This document shows positions 9,873 to 18,817 of a DNA stretch of 63,393 nucleotides, in pieces; within the stretch, counting starts at the first letter, position 1, and each line of letters starts with the position of its first letter. The notes under the pieces were generated by a model. It saw only the letters and a list, made by a program, of their open reading frames with translations, ran no database searches and was not told the origin of the DNA. The position numbers were made by a program, and so were the translations under genes. The DNA comes from Candidatus Omnitrophota bacterium (GTDB lineage: Bacteria; Omnitrophota; Gorgyraeia; S143-82), in contig WGAY01000031.1 of the NCBI GenBank assembly GCA_015494585.1, positions 1 to 63,393 on the forward strand, read 5' to 3'.

Positions 9873-10904
9873 TTATAACTCACGCGGCACAGAGATTCTA
9901 ATAATTTCTTTATCCATCGGTCTATCTAGCCTTGCCGATACTTTGAGCTTAGACAATAGATACCTTATTAGATTTTCATCTAAGGATAGATTTTTCTGCC
10001 AGGAAGAACCATCCTCTAGAGGGAAAACATCCTTCAAATTAGGCCACAAACCCACAGGGATTATAAAACTTATCTCCACCTCCGTATCACTGCCAATAAT
10101 ATCCACTCGAATCTTTTCTTCTCCAGCCTTGTTCAATAGTATATCGATGAAACTGACCAATAAGTGTTCTAACTTAAACATATCCGTCAATACCCTTGTA
10201 TCACCAGCCAGTGATATCTCTAACCTACCCCTCACATTTGAGGGCAATAAAAAAGCAATTCTTTCTTTAAATAGCTTTTCTACCGAGACCTCGCTAAGTA
10301 CAAGTCTACTGCAAATCATATCAATACGTGTATGATCCAGGAGTCTATCATAAAGTGCACGTAAGGCCTCTATCTCTTTAAAGGCTGGCTTTAAGGTATC
10401 TATATCTTCTCCTAAGATATCAGCAGCATAATCGACAAAGTCCGTTAAAACCTTATCAAGATTATGCAAGGGTTTATAGAAATTCTTAGAAATATCTGTA
10501 AGATAGGCGGTCTTTAAGGCATTTGCCCAGGACATTGTCCCTATTTCTTCCTGGACAATGGTATCCCTAAAAATAAATAGATATCCTGCTCTCTCCTGAG
10601 ATTCATTAAAAACCTGTTCCCCCAAAACTAATAATGGAATAATAACGCCTTTCTGGGTAATGAAATTAAATTTTTGAGGGAACACACACAGGCCATTCAC
10701 ATCAATATCATTCAACACCTTTTCCATGGCAAAACAAACCCTCCAGGGCAAGGTATCTCTTATATGCTTTCCTTGCCAGTTATCTATTTCCAGCATTATT
10801 TCCAAATTTTTGTTTAGCTCCAAAATATTTAGATGTAAATCGGTCAAGAGAATCCCCTCACTTATAGAATCTTTCAAAAGCCCCCACAACATTACCTTGT
10901 CCAT
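9873..10904 (-). CDS. PAS-domain histidine-kinase-like protein lacking the phospho-acceptor His and the G1/G2 ATP-lid boxes (pseudokinase)
   Basis: Has an N-terminal PAS-like region. The H-box position reads YLTDISKNFYKPLHNL, where canonical kinases have ISHELRTPL. An N-box-like ILLNKAG is present, but there are no DxGxG or GxGxG motifs. Confidence 0.6.
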   Translation of the reverse strand: MDKVMLWGLLKDSISEGILLTDLHLNILELNKNLEIMLEIDNWQGKHIRDTLPWRVCFAMEKVLNDIDVNGLCVFPQKFNFITQKGVIIPLLVLGEQVFNESQERAGYLFIFRDTIVQEEIGTMSWANALKTAYLTDISKNFYKPLHNLDKVLTDFVDYAADILGEDIDTLKPAFKEIEALRALYDRLLDHTRIDMICSRLVLSEVSVEKLFKERIAFLLPSNVRGRLEISLAGDTRVLTDMFKLEHLLVSFIDILLNKAGEEKIRVDIIGSDTEVEISFIIPVGLWPNLKDVFPLEDGSSWQKNLSLDENLIRYLLSKLKVSARLDRPMDKEIIRISVPREL

Positions 10905-10922
10905 AATATCTTCGCCCCTGTT

Positions 10923-11768
10923 TCAATCTATGAGCCGCATAAAGGCCTCGGCCCTCTCTATCTCTTGCCTAATCATAACGTTAACCTCCTCCAGATCCCT
11001 ATCTTGAAGAAGAAAGTCTATTAACTGCTGGCCATGGACTACGACATTATCATCACCAGCACTTCCAATCCCCATCCCCCTGACCAGGGCATCTGCCAGC
11101 ATTACAATAGCTACATGGCGCTTGTTTTCTATAACATCGATATCGTGATGCAAGGCTGCACTCTCTACGATATTATCCGGCATTTGCCATGCTTCGAACA
11201 ACATCCCAGCGATATCTGGATGCGGGATATCTACCTCCTCCCTTTCCACCTCAAAGAAACTACGATCTTCTCTCTTTGCCCTGGAAACTATATGTAGGAA
11301 TAGTTCCGGCTCCAATCGATACAATGCTAGTTTCCCAGCATCATGCAAAAGACCTTGAGTAAAGAATTCCTCTCCATTCTTAAAACCTAACATCCCTGAC
11401 AATACCTTAGATGCACATGCAACGCCCACCGAGTGGTACCAGAAATCTCTGAGAGAAAACGGTCCTTTGGAATCCAGCCCTTCTATTAAGCCATATACCG
11501 AAAAACTCATCACCAGACTCTTTAATACATTAAATCCCAGGATAACAATTGCATGGGTAATAGAACTAATATTCCCTTTAAATCCGTAATAGGCCGAATT
11601 CACCACCTTCAATATCTTAGAGCTAATAGCCACATCGTTGGCTATCATTCCCGTAATATCTCGAGCTGAAACCTTAGGATCCCTTATTGCCTTTATCACC
11701 GCATTTACCGAATCAGGCAAAGGCGGGATTTCCTTCATGGAATTAACGCGTTCTGCAATCGATTTCAT
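10923..11768 (-). CDS. HDOD domain protein
   Basis: LPPLPDSVNAVIKAIRDPKVSARDITGMIANDVAISSKILKVVNSAYYGF...ITHAIVILGF is a characteristic HDOD N-terminus. Confidence 0.85.
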   Translation of the reverse strand: MKSIAERVNSMKEIPPLPDSVNAVIKAIRDPKVSARDITGMIANDVAISSKILKVVNSAYYGFKGNISSITHAIVILGFNVLKSLVMSFSVYGLIEGLDSKGPFSLRDFWYHSVGVACASKVLSGMLGFKNGEEFFTQGLLHDAGKLALYRLEPELFLHIVSRAKREDRSFFEVEREEVDIPHPDIAGMLFEAWQMPDNIVESAALHHDIDVIENKRHVAIVMLADALVRGMGIGSAGDDNVVVHGQQLIDFLLQDRDLEEVNVMIRQEIERAEAFMRLID

Positions 11769-11769
11769 A

Positions 11770-13218
11770 CTAATCCTCCAACAATAGATTCACGCTATCT
11801 AGCATATACCTAGCAACTGTGTTATCCGGTTGTTTTTCCAACACCTGTTTTAATAGGTCCCTAGCCATTTCATATTCCTGCTCATCTATCAACTCCATTG
11901 CCTTCTCGAATAATTCATCCGCTGATAGATCCTTAGTAGAACCAGCAGAGGCTTCAGCGGTTGCCTTGGTGCCCTGTTTTCCTGAACGAGAAAAAAGCCC
12001 TGCATGGAAACTCTTTTCCTTCTCTCCAGAAGCAAAACCACCTGTTTTCTTTTCGTGTTCTAAGACAAACAGTTTCCGCTTAAGGCCGTTTATCTTATCC
12101 TTCAGATTACGAATAACAATATCGCGCTCCTTAAGACGCCCCTGCAAGTCCTCTAGCATCTCCTGTTGTTCCATAACTTTATTGTTATTCACATCAAATT
12201 TTGCCAGGATATTCTCTTTATCCATCTTCAACTTCTCTATCTCCTGATTTAGGGCCTTGATTTTCCCTTTAGCATCCACTATCTTGGCCAAGCAGTCTTG
12301 ATACTTTTTCTCTGATGATATAGAGCTCTCTTTGCTCTCCTGTTTTAATAGAGATATTCTATCATTGGCATCTTTTAGGCTTACCTTTAATTTCTCCACT
12401 TCTGCCTTTTTATCGGCCAATTCTTTTTCAAGAGAATCATTATAGCGTTTCTGTGTCCGCACCCTGTCTTCCAAAGAAGCGATCCTCTTTTCATAACCAC
12501 TTACCTTTTCATTCAAGGCCATTACCTGGGCCTTGTACTTGCGCTCCATCAGATCTTCTAGGGAAGAGTAACTTTTCAATAGTTCTTTTATTTTTTCATC
12601 CTTTTTAGCAATCTCTTCATCCTTGCTCTGCAAACCCTGTTGAAGGGAAACAATAGCAGTTTTTACCCTGTCTTTATATTCCGCTAAGCGGTCTCTGTAT
12701 TCTTTCTGTTTGTCTTCTAACAGCTTTTGATATTCAGCCTGTTGTTTTTCTAATTCAAACTTATATTTCTCATCCAATATCTCTATTTTATCCTCATAAG
12801 ACTTCTTCATTTGTTCCAGCTTCTGGTCATAATAGGCCTGCAACTCTTCCTTATCCCGGACTAATCTCTTCTTCAGATCCACCAACTCTTTCTCTGCTGC
12901 CTGGAGTTTATCCAATAAGAAGCCCTGATTACAATCGCCAGAAGAAAGTTTTGCCTCTATCTTTAACTTTAGATTCTCTAATTTGGCCTGAAGGGCCTTA
13001 TCTTTGGGAAACATAAAAGAGGCCTCTGAAAGAAGGAAATAAGCCTCCAAAAGATCCCCTTTGTCCTTTGCATCTTCTCCCTGCCTATACAGAGTAGTTG
13101 CCTTATCAACCAACTGCTTCCATAGGTCAGAATCTGTTTCAGCCATTGCTAAAACGCCCATTGAGAAAAAAAGCAAGGTCAAAATAAGAAAACCAACCTT
13201 TCCAACCACCTTTTTCAT
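11770..13218 (-). CDS. secreted long coiled-coil protein with TPR-like caps
   Basis: Signal peptide MKKVVGKVGFLILTLLFFSMGVLAMA, then ~350 aa of heptad-rich E/K/L sequence with TPR-like segments at both ends. Its start overlaps the upstream gene (ATGA). Confidence 0.6.
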   Translation of the reverse strand: MKKVVGKVGFLILTLLFFSMGVLAMAETDSDLWKQLVDKATTLYRQGEDAKDKGDLLEAYFLLSEASFMFPKDKALQAKLENLKLKIEAKLSSGDCNQGFLLDKLQAAEKELVDLKKRLVRDKEELQAYYDQKLEQMKKSYEDKIEILDEKYKFELEKQQAEYQKLLEDKQKEYRDRLAEYKDRVKTAIVSLQQGLQSKDEEIAKKDEKIKELLKSYSSLEDLMERKYKAQVMALNEKVSGYEKRIASLEDRVRTQKRYNDSLEKELADKKAEVEKLKVSLKDANDRISLLKQESKESSISSEKKYQDCLAKIVDAKGKIKALNQEIEKLKMDKENILAKFDVNNNKVMEQQEMLEDLQGRLKERDIVIRNLKDKINGLKRKLFVLEHEKKTGGFASGEKEKSFHAGLFSRSGKQGTKATAEASAGSTKDLSADELFEKAMELIDEQEYEMARDLLKQVLEKQPDNTVARYMLDSVNLLLED

Positions 13219-14444
13219 AACTGCGCCCCCTCTAGTTTATTCAATAGATCCTCACTTATTAAAGGCCTTAGTTTTTCATTGAAAAGTCTTTTATCGATAG
13301 ACTCTGGAAACATGTCTTTGGCCTTTATCTTTTTTACTTCTCCTTTACCATATCGCCTCTTCTCATCTCCTATTACGATAACATCATACTCATCCATCGC
13401 CTTAGGTCCTCCAACCACAATTCCCCGCGATCCATCGGATAGTCTAATCATCTCACCCAAATAAAATTTAGAAAGATGCCTATTCAAAATCTCCACTGCC
13501 TTCTTTTCAAATAGGGAGTTACTAAACTCCATCATTGCCTCTATTACTTTATCAGGATGATATATGCCTCTCAACACATCAAAGGTTTCTGCCACAGAGA
13601 CAATCCTACTGTAAAGATGCATCACCCTAGGATAACCATAGAAATCCTTTTCCGGTATGTCTTCCGGATAACCTGTGTTATTCATATAGCGATGGTGCTC
13701 TAATGCAATTATTCCCATCTGAGGGCTCAAAGTCTCGGTTTCATTTATTATCATACACCCAACCCTTGAATGCTTAAAAAACAAATTATCCCCTATCTCT
13801 CCTATTCTCTCCCAGGCCATATCAACCCAACCCACATCTTCTAAAAGACCTCCCGCAATCAAGTGAGTTATCCTTTCGGCATTAAACTCCCCATAGTGAA
13901 GCGCAATAATCCCTGCAATAATGGCAACATTTACAGGATGGGCAATACGATAAGTATGGAAATTATAAAACAACGGCATAGGGGATACCTTGCGATGAGA
14001 ATAGTTAGACCTTATAACATACACTAGATCCTGAATATTTTTCTTATATTTATGCAACAAGTCAAATCTAAAATTTGAATACCTATTCCAATAATCCCTG
14101 AAAGAATAATCCAGGGAAAAAGATTTTTTTTCTGATATATATATATCCAGAACAACTCCACAACGCGTCAGAAAATCGTTCAATAACACTGACAAAGCTA
14201 CCCTCAAATCCTCATCTATAATCAAGTCAATGTCCAGGTCACACAAAGGATCCTTTAGAAACACATAATCCACGCCCAGAGAATTTATCTTATCCACATG
14301 GTTCTTACTTATCTTAACTCCTTTACCCGCAAAACGCACCCGCATCCCCCTAGCACTAATATAGATAAGATCTCTTGCTAAAGGGGCAGAACCACCTAAT
14401 TCATCTAAGACCTGTGCCAAGTCATCTATTGGAACGACTCTCAT
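13215..14444 (-). CDS. HD-GYP-like domain protein with a substituted HD dyad
   Basis: Has a DUF3391-like N-terminus, then AHPVNVA...GGLLEDVGW...FKHSRVG...ALEHHRYMNNTGYPE...VAETFDVL. Canonical forms are LLHDIGK and vaDvfDAL. HHxxxxxGYP is retained. Confidence 0.75.
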   Translation of the reverse strand: MRVVPIDDLAQVLDELGGSAPLARDLIYISARGMRVRFAGKGVKISKNHVDKINSLGVDYVFLKDPLCDLDIDLIIDEDLRVALSVLLNDFLTRCGVVLDIYISEKKSFSLDYSFRDYWNRYSNFRFDLLHKYKKNIQDLVYVIRSNYSHRKVSPMPLFYNFHTYRIAHPVNVAIIAGIIALHYGEFNAERITHLIAGGLLEDVGWVDMAWERIGEIGDNLFFKHSRVGCMIINETETLSPQMGIIALEHHRYMNNTGYPEDIPEKDFYGYPRVMHLYSRIVSVAETFDVLRGIYHPDKVIEAMMEFSNSLFEKKAVEILNRHLSKFYLGEMIRLSDGSRGIVVGGPKAMDEYDVIVIGDEKRRYGKGEVKKIKAKDMFPESIDKRLFNEKLRPLISEDLLNKLEGAQL

Positions 14445-14742
14445 TTTTTGCCCTGTATAAGTTTATTATCAATTCCACTTCTCCAGTATGCATACCCTCT
14501 CCTACTGCTATCTCCTTTACCGTCTTGCCCTGCTTATAAGCTGATATTACTTTCTGAGTGGTCGCATCCATCAGAAAATCTGATCCCTTGCTATTTTCTC
14601 CCCTCATCAACTCTTTCAACTGGACAATCCTTTCATCTGCCTCTTTTATAAGACGCTCTATTTCCTTTTGTTTACTATCCAAAGCTGAATAGATTAAATC
14701 AAAAGTCTCATATAACTGTTGCACTAATTTCCTTTTGTCCAC
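14422..14742 (-). CDS. small coiled-coil protein with a C-terminal HTH-like segment
   Basis: KTVKEIAVGEGMHTGEVELIINL resembles a sigma region-4/LuxR-like HTH. The gene is tightly packed in the fliA operon. Confidence 0.5.
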   Translation of the reverse strand: MDKRKLVQQLYETFDLIYSALDSKQKEIERLIKEADERIVQLKELMRGENSKGSDFLMDATTQKVISAYKQGKTVKEIAVGEGMHTGEVELIINLYRAKNESRSNR

Positions 14743-14746
14743 CAGA

Positions 14747-15046
14747 CTACACCTCTACATCCAGAGAACCAGCATCACCTATAATCTCCTTTTTCTTTTT
14801 CTTGTTATAATTGTAAACAGGTTTTTCTCTCTTCCTCTGTTCTTCTCTATCCTTGTTATTAACAACCTTCCCCTGGCCCTCCTGAGTTTCTACTATCTTT
14901 GTCTTCTCTAGTTCCTTACGCCTTTTTAACTCCTCTGCCATCTGTTGCTGTAACACGAAATTATGCTCCATCTTGTTTGCCTGCTGTTTTTCAGCCTTCT
15001 GAACATTAAATATCGCCCCCTGAAAATCGATAGGCCTTATCGTCAT
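14747..15046 (-). CDS. hypothetical small, highly charged protein
   Basis: The ORF start overlaps the fliA stop (ATGA). No family was recognised. Confidence 0.45.
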   Translation of the reverse strand: MTIRPIDFQGAIFNVQKAEKQQANKMEHNFVLQQQMAEELKRRKELEKTKIVETQEGQGKVVNNKDREEQRKREKPVYNYNKKKKKEIIGDAGSLDVEV

Positions 15047-15789
15047 ACCAAAATCCCCTTCTTCTTCAGATCCTGTCTAAGGACAAACAATATCCTGGAA
15101 ATCATCTGAGAAACCCTTGACTCAGAAACAGACAGAATCTGACCTATCTCCTTAAGAGTAAATCCCTCTACAAAATAAAGTTGGAGTATTTGCTGTTCCT
15201 TTTCCGAAAACATCTTAATCCTATCCACAACTTGTTCGAATATCAACCGCCTATCTACCTCATCTACGGGATTCCTTTCATCTTCCAATGTATCTTCAAT
15301 AGAAAAATTTTCCGCAAGGCTATCGCTAAGATACACGGTTTGGCTCAAGCAACTTAATCTCATCAAATCTATTATCTCCTCGACCGAACAATCCATCTCC
15401 TTTGCAATCATTTCCTCTGTAGGCAACTGTCCTTTACTTTCCAGATCCATAAAGATCTCCTCCATCCTCTTTATCTTCATCCTCTGGTTCTTAGACAATA
15501 AATCCTTACTTCTGAGAAAGTCAAGCATCTGCCCCTTTATACGCCAAAAGGCAAATGACTCAAACTTTGCTTTGCCATCCAACTTAAACCTATCAATAGC
15601 GGTAATTAACCCCAGCACACCATTGGAAATAAGATCATCCCTATCCACACTAGACGGAAGCCATATAAAAAATTTATGTGCTATCTTTTCAACAAATGGG
15701 ATATAATGGTAGATAATCTCATCTCTAGCCTTCTTATCTCCTTCTAGCTTAAACCTACGCCACAGTTCTTCTATATCTACCAAAGTCAT
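15043..15789 (-). CDS. fliA: flagellar sigma factor sigma-28
   Basis: Sigma-70 regions 2, 3 and 4 are present (DDLISNGVLGLITAIDRF; FTLKEIGQILSVSESRVSQM). The gene follows flhF, flhG and the PilZ gene. Confidence 0.9.
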   Translation of the reverse strand: MTLVDIEELWRRFKLEGDKKARDEIIYHYIPFVEKIAHKFFIWLPSSVDRDDLISNGVLGLITAIDRFKLDGKAKFESFAFWRIKGQMLDFLRSKDLLSKNQRMKIKRMEEIFMDLESKGQLPTEEMIAKEMDCSVEEIIDLMRLSCLSQTVYLSDSLAENFSIEDTLEDERNPVDEVDRRLIFEQVVDRIKMFSEKEQQILQLYFVEGFTLKEIGQILSVSESRVSQMISRILFVLRQDLKKKGILV

Positions 15790-15980
15790 TCTTTAGCCAA
15801 CCTCTTAACCGCCTCTGCATAAAAGGACCTAAAAGCTATATCCAATACTGATCCAACCATACCAAAAACGATAATAACAAACCACAATTTATACACGGCC
15901 CCCCACAGGGACAACTCCCCTGCCGCAGCCTTCAGGCCTACATAAAATATCCCTATAGAATTAAATAATGCCCTGAACAC
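15786..15980 (-). CDS. small two-TM membrane protein
   Basis: 64 aa with two hydrophobic helices. Its stop overlaps the fliA start. Confidence 0.4.
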   Translation of the reverse strand: MFRALFNSIGIFYVGLKAAAGELSLWGAVYKLWFVIIVFGMVGSVLDIAFRSFYAEAVKRLAKE

Positions 15981-15995
15981 AAAAAGCCTTTCTGT

Positions 15996-16751
15996 TTAAG
16001 AGATAAAGCCATCTACATGCCTACTCTGATAAAGTGAAACACGTTTATCTATATGGGCACGATCTTCTTCTGATATATCCACAAACAAAAGTCCTGTTAT
16101 ATACTTTCTTGAAAAATCATCCCATCGTTTATTTACCACTTCACAGACTGCCTTCACCAATATACCTGTATCAGGTATGACAAAACTTACTCTCATACGC
16201 GTGTGCAAGGGCAACTCCTCAGAAAAGAGCAACCCTAATCCTAAGGCACTCATATCCCATGCATCCACCTTCCCTTTAAGAGGCATTTTTATCTTTTGGG
16301 TCAAGGAATTCTCCACGATCTTGTAATTTACCTTGGTATAGATCCTTGTCCTGGGCTTTGCCCTCCTTTGTTTTCGATAAATTACCCGTGGCTTATCCAA
16401 TATCAACTCAGGAATACTGTTATTCTCCTCGACAAATCCATCGACCCGTGTTTCGAACTCATACCTGCCCGAGGGAAGACCGACTATTGCCAAAAGGACC
16501 TTTGTGCCCTTTGGCAAAAATACCGGCACGCTCCTCTCAACAGGAGCACTCAATACCAGTTTATCCTCTTTCACATCCTCTATACGTCCCTTATACATAA
16601 CACGAGGACGCCCTATCACATACATCTCATACCGCTGTGCAGGCTTAAATACAAATTGCTCCTTTCTGGGTTTCTCTTCCAAAGCCTCCTTAGCCTCAAG
16701 CTTCATTGCCAGCTTTTTCAAAAAGGCCGCTAATCTATTTCGAATATTCAT
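15996..16751 (-). CDS. PilZ domain protein, YcgR/MotI-like flagellar brake candidate
   Basis: Both c-di-GMP binding motifs are intact: RRAKPR (RxxxR) and DMSALGLG (DxSxxG). It has a PilZN-like N-terminal half and lies between flhG and fliA. Confidence 0.8.
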   Translation of the reverse strand: MNIRNRLAAFLKKLAMKLEAKEALEEKPRKEQFVFKPAQRYEMYVIGRPRVMYKGRIEDVKEDKLVLSAPVERSVPVFLPKGTKVLLAIVGLPSGRYEFETRVDGFVEENNSIPELILDKPRVIYRKQRRAKPRTRIYTKVNYKIVENSLTQKIKMPLKGKVDAWDMSALGLGLLFSEELPLHTRMRVSFVIPDTGILVKAVCEVVNKRWDDFSRKYITGLLFVDISEEDRAHIDKRVSLYQSRHVDGFIS

Positions 16752-17593
16752 AAGCGAAAAACCCCCAATAACCTCTCAAGCCATGATCCACTAGAAGGTT
16801 TTTCCCGAAGATCCCCTATCAGATCCCTGGCTATCTTGAGCATACTTTTGCCTGCGGGTGAATAAGGATATTCCAATATAAAGGGTTTTCTCTGAAGCAC
16901 AGATTGAACCACACTATCGTCCTTTATCAAATACCCTGCAAATTCTATATTCATTCCCAAAAATTGTCTGCAAACAAGTGCCATTCGGTTAAAGATATCC
17001 TCCGCCTCTTTCCTGCTAGAAGCCATATTAATCAATAACCTCACATCCATATCCGGACGCCTCTGAGAAATCACCTTTACCATAGCATATGCATCGGTAA
17101 CTGCTGTAGGCTCAGGCGTTGTAACAACAAGGGCTATATCTGAAGCCGCAACAAAGTTCACTACATTATGGCTTATCCCAGCACTTGTATCCACCAGGAT
17201 AAAATCCGCGATATTATTAATTGAAGAAAGTTCCTCTATTATGTAATCTCTCTGCTGGTCACTGACATCTGCTAACTTAGATATTCCTGACGCCCCCGGA
17301 ATAATCTTTATACCTAAAGGCCCCTCAACTATAATTTCCTCTAATCTTTTATGCCTTTCCATTACATGAAACAGATTATATCTTGGGTTTATATTAAGAA
17401 GCACATCGACATTGGCCAAGCCAAGGTCCGCATCCACTATAACAATCTCCTTGCCCTGCTTTGCTATTGCAATCGCAAGATTAACAACAACGTTTGTCTT
17501 TCCCACCCCTCCTTTGCCACTGGCAACACTAATAGTGCGGGCTGGAGATAAGGCACTAACCAATTCGCGTAGTCTTTGTGCCTGATCTGGCAT
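16748..17593 (-). CDS. flhG: MinD/ParA-type ATPase FlhG (FleN/YlxH)
   Basis: Deviant Walker A SGKGGVGKTN. The N-terminus MPDQAQRLRELV carries the DQAxxLR FlhF-activating motif. Confidence 0.9.
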   Translation of the reverse strand: MPDQAQRLRELVSALSPARTISVASGKGGVGKTNVVVNLAIAIAKQGKEIVIVDADLGLANVDVLLNINPRYNLFHVMERHKRLEEIIVEGPLGIKIIPGASGISKLADVSDQQRDYIIEELSSINNIADFILVDTSAGISHNVVNFVAASDIALVVTTPEPTAVTDAYAMVKVISQRRPDMDVRLLINMASSRKEAEDIFNRMALVCRQFLGMNIEFAGYLIKDDSVVQSVLQRKPFILEYPYSPAGKSMLKIARDLIGDLREKPSSGSWLERLLGVFRL

Positions 17594-18752
17594 CGGTCAA
17601 TTCTCCCTTTATGATGTTTATTATCTTCTCTCTATCGAGTTCTTCTATATCATCAGGAACAGACTGGCCAATGGTCACGTAAGATACAGGCCTACCCAAC
17701 CAATGAATAGCTGAAATTATTATACCCGGAGTCAATGTCTCATCCATCTTTGTAAACAAAACCTTATCGATCTTCAAAATAGAAAACTTATCTATAACCT
17801 GCCGAAGTGTCCGCTGATTACTCGTGGCACTCAACACCAGATGTGTTTCTTCTGGTTTTAAAAGATCAAGGAATATCCTTAACTCTGACATCTGTATATC
17901 GTTTCTCTGACTCCTGCCAGCCGTATCGATAAAGACAATATCGCAGTGCCGTAGCCTTTCCAAGGCAGAAGGAACATCCTGAGGAGAAACCACGACCTCT
18001 ACCGGTATCCTCATTATCTCAGCATATGTCTTCAACTGATCCACTGCAGCTATTCTAAAGGTATCCACTGTCAAAAGGCCCACCCTCTTCATCTCTATTA
18101 AGGAAAATCTGGCGGCAAGCTTTGCAATAGTAGTCGTCTTACCAACTCCTGTAGGCCCTATCAAGGCAACTTTGTAAGGCTTCAACCCTTCATTTATGCA
18201 AATAGGATCAGCAAAACCTATACAATCCGAGATAATGGCAAGGGCCTTTTCCTGCAAAAGGGCAGTATCATCATAATTAATGCCCCTCAACTGTTCGACT
18301 AGGTTATCTATAAAATCCTCACTTACCTGCTGCTCCTTCAATACCTTTATCAATGACTCTAAAACATCGGGATAGCGGACAGAAAAATTAATCCTACTTA
18401 GAAGTGTCTCTGTCATTTTTCTTATTTCGCCCAATTCTTTCTGAAGGTCTAAGACTTCCTTTGGCACCTGAATCGATGGTTTATTTCCAATATATGGTCC
18501 TGTACCGTCCTGTGAATTCCTTGCCATGTCTTTATAGACAGAAGCCATAGGATTACTCATTGCCCGTTCTTCAACTATCCTGACATCTGGAGAGGCAGTA
18601 ACCTCTACCTTTTCTCTTTTCCGCCAGAATCTCCAACCATCTCGCTCATAATAGCTCCTCGTATGAAGAATAACCGCATTATCCCCCATCTCCTGTCTTA
18701 TACGAGATAGGACCTCGCGCATACTACTACCATAATATTTTTTTATCTTCAT
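17556..18752 (-). CDS. flhF: SRP-type GTPase FlhF
   Basis: MKIKKYYGSSMREVLSRIRQEMGDNAVIL is an FlhF B-domain start. The NG domain has GPTGVGKTTT and DTAGR. The ORF-track start at 18806 is probably an artefactual extension. Confidence 0.9.
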   Translation of the reverse strand: MKIKKYYGSSMREVLSRIRQEMGDNAVILHTRSYYERDGWRFWRKREKVEVTASPDVRIVEERAMSNPMASVYKDMARNSQDGTGPYIGNKPSIQVPKEVLDLQKELGEIRKMTETLLSRINFSVRYPDVLESLIKVLKEQQVSEDFIDNLVEQLRGINYDDTALLQEKALAIISDCIGFADPICINEGLKPYKVALIGPTGVGKTTTIAKLAARFSLIEMKRVGLLTVDTFRIAAVDQLKTYAEIMRIPVEVVVSPQDVPSALERLRHCDIVFIDTAGRSQRNDIQMSELRIFLDLLKPEETHLVLSATSNQRTLRQVIDKFSILKIDKVLFTKMDETLTPGIIISAIHWLGRPVSYVTIGQSVPDDIEELDREKIINIIKGELTDARSGTKTTRIG

Positions 18753-18817
18753 CCCCTTTGCCTCTTTTTTTATGTCTTCTTTATACCATGTCGCATTTAC
18801 TAACAAAAGGCTACGAC

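Noticed and set aside
18753-18806. N-terminal extensions in the ORF track for flhF (18806), the flgR-like gene (40492), padR (63334), the MCP (52292), lysS (7021) and purH (4377).
   Set aside because: In each case an internal ATG gives the canonical family N-terminus. Four also have a good SD (flhF, the flgR-like gene, padR, the MCP), and the purH ATG removes the overlap with the upstream gene. The longer forms begin at weak or alternative codons. Adjusted coordinates are used in the features, except for purH, where the ORF-track range 2827..4377 is kept and the likely start is noted in its evidence.
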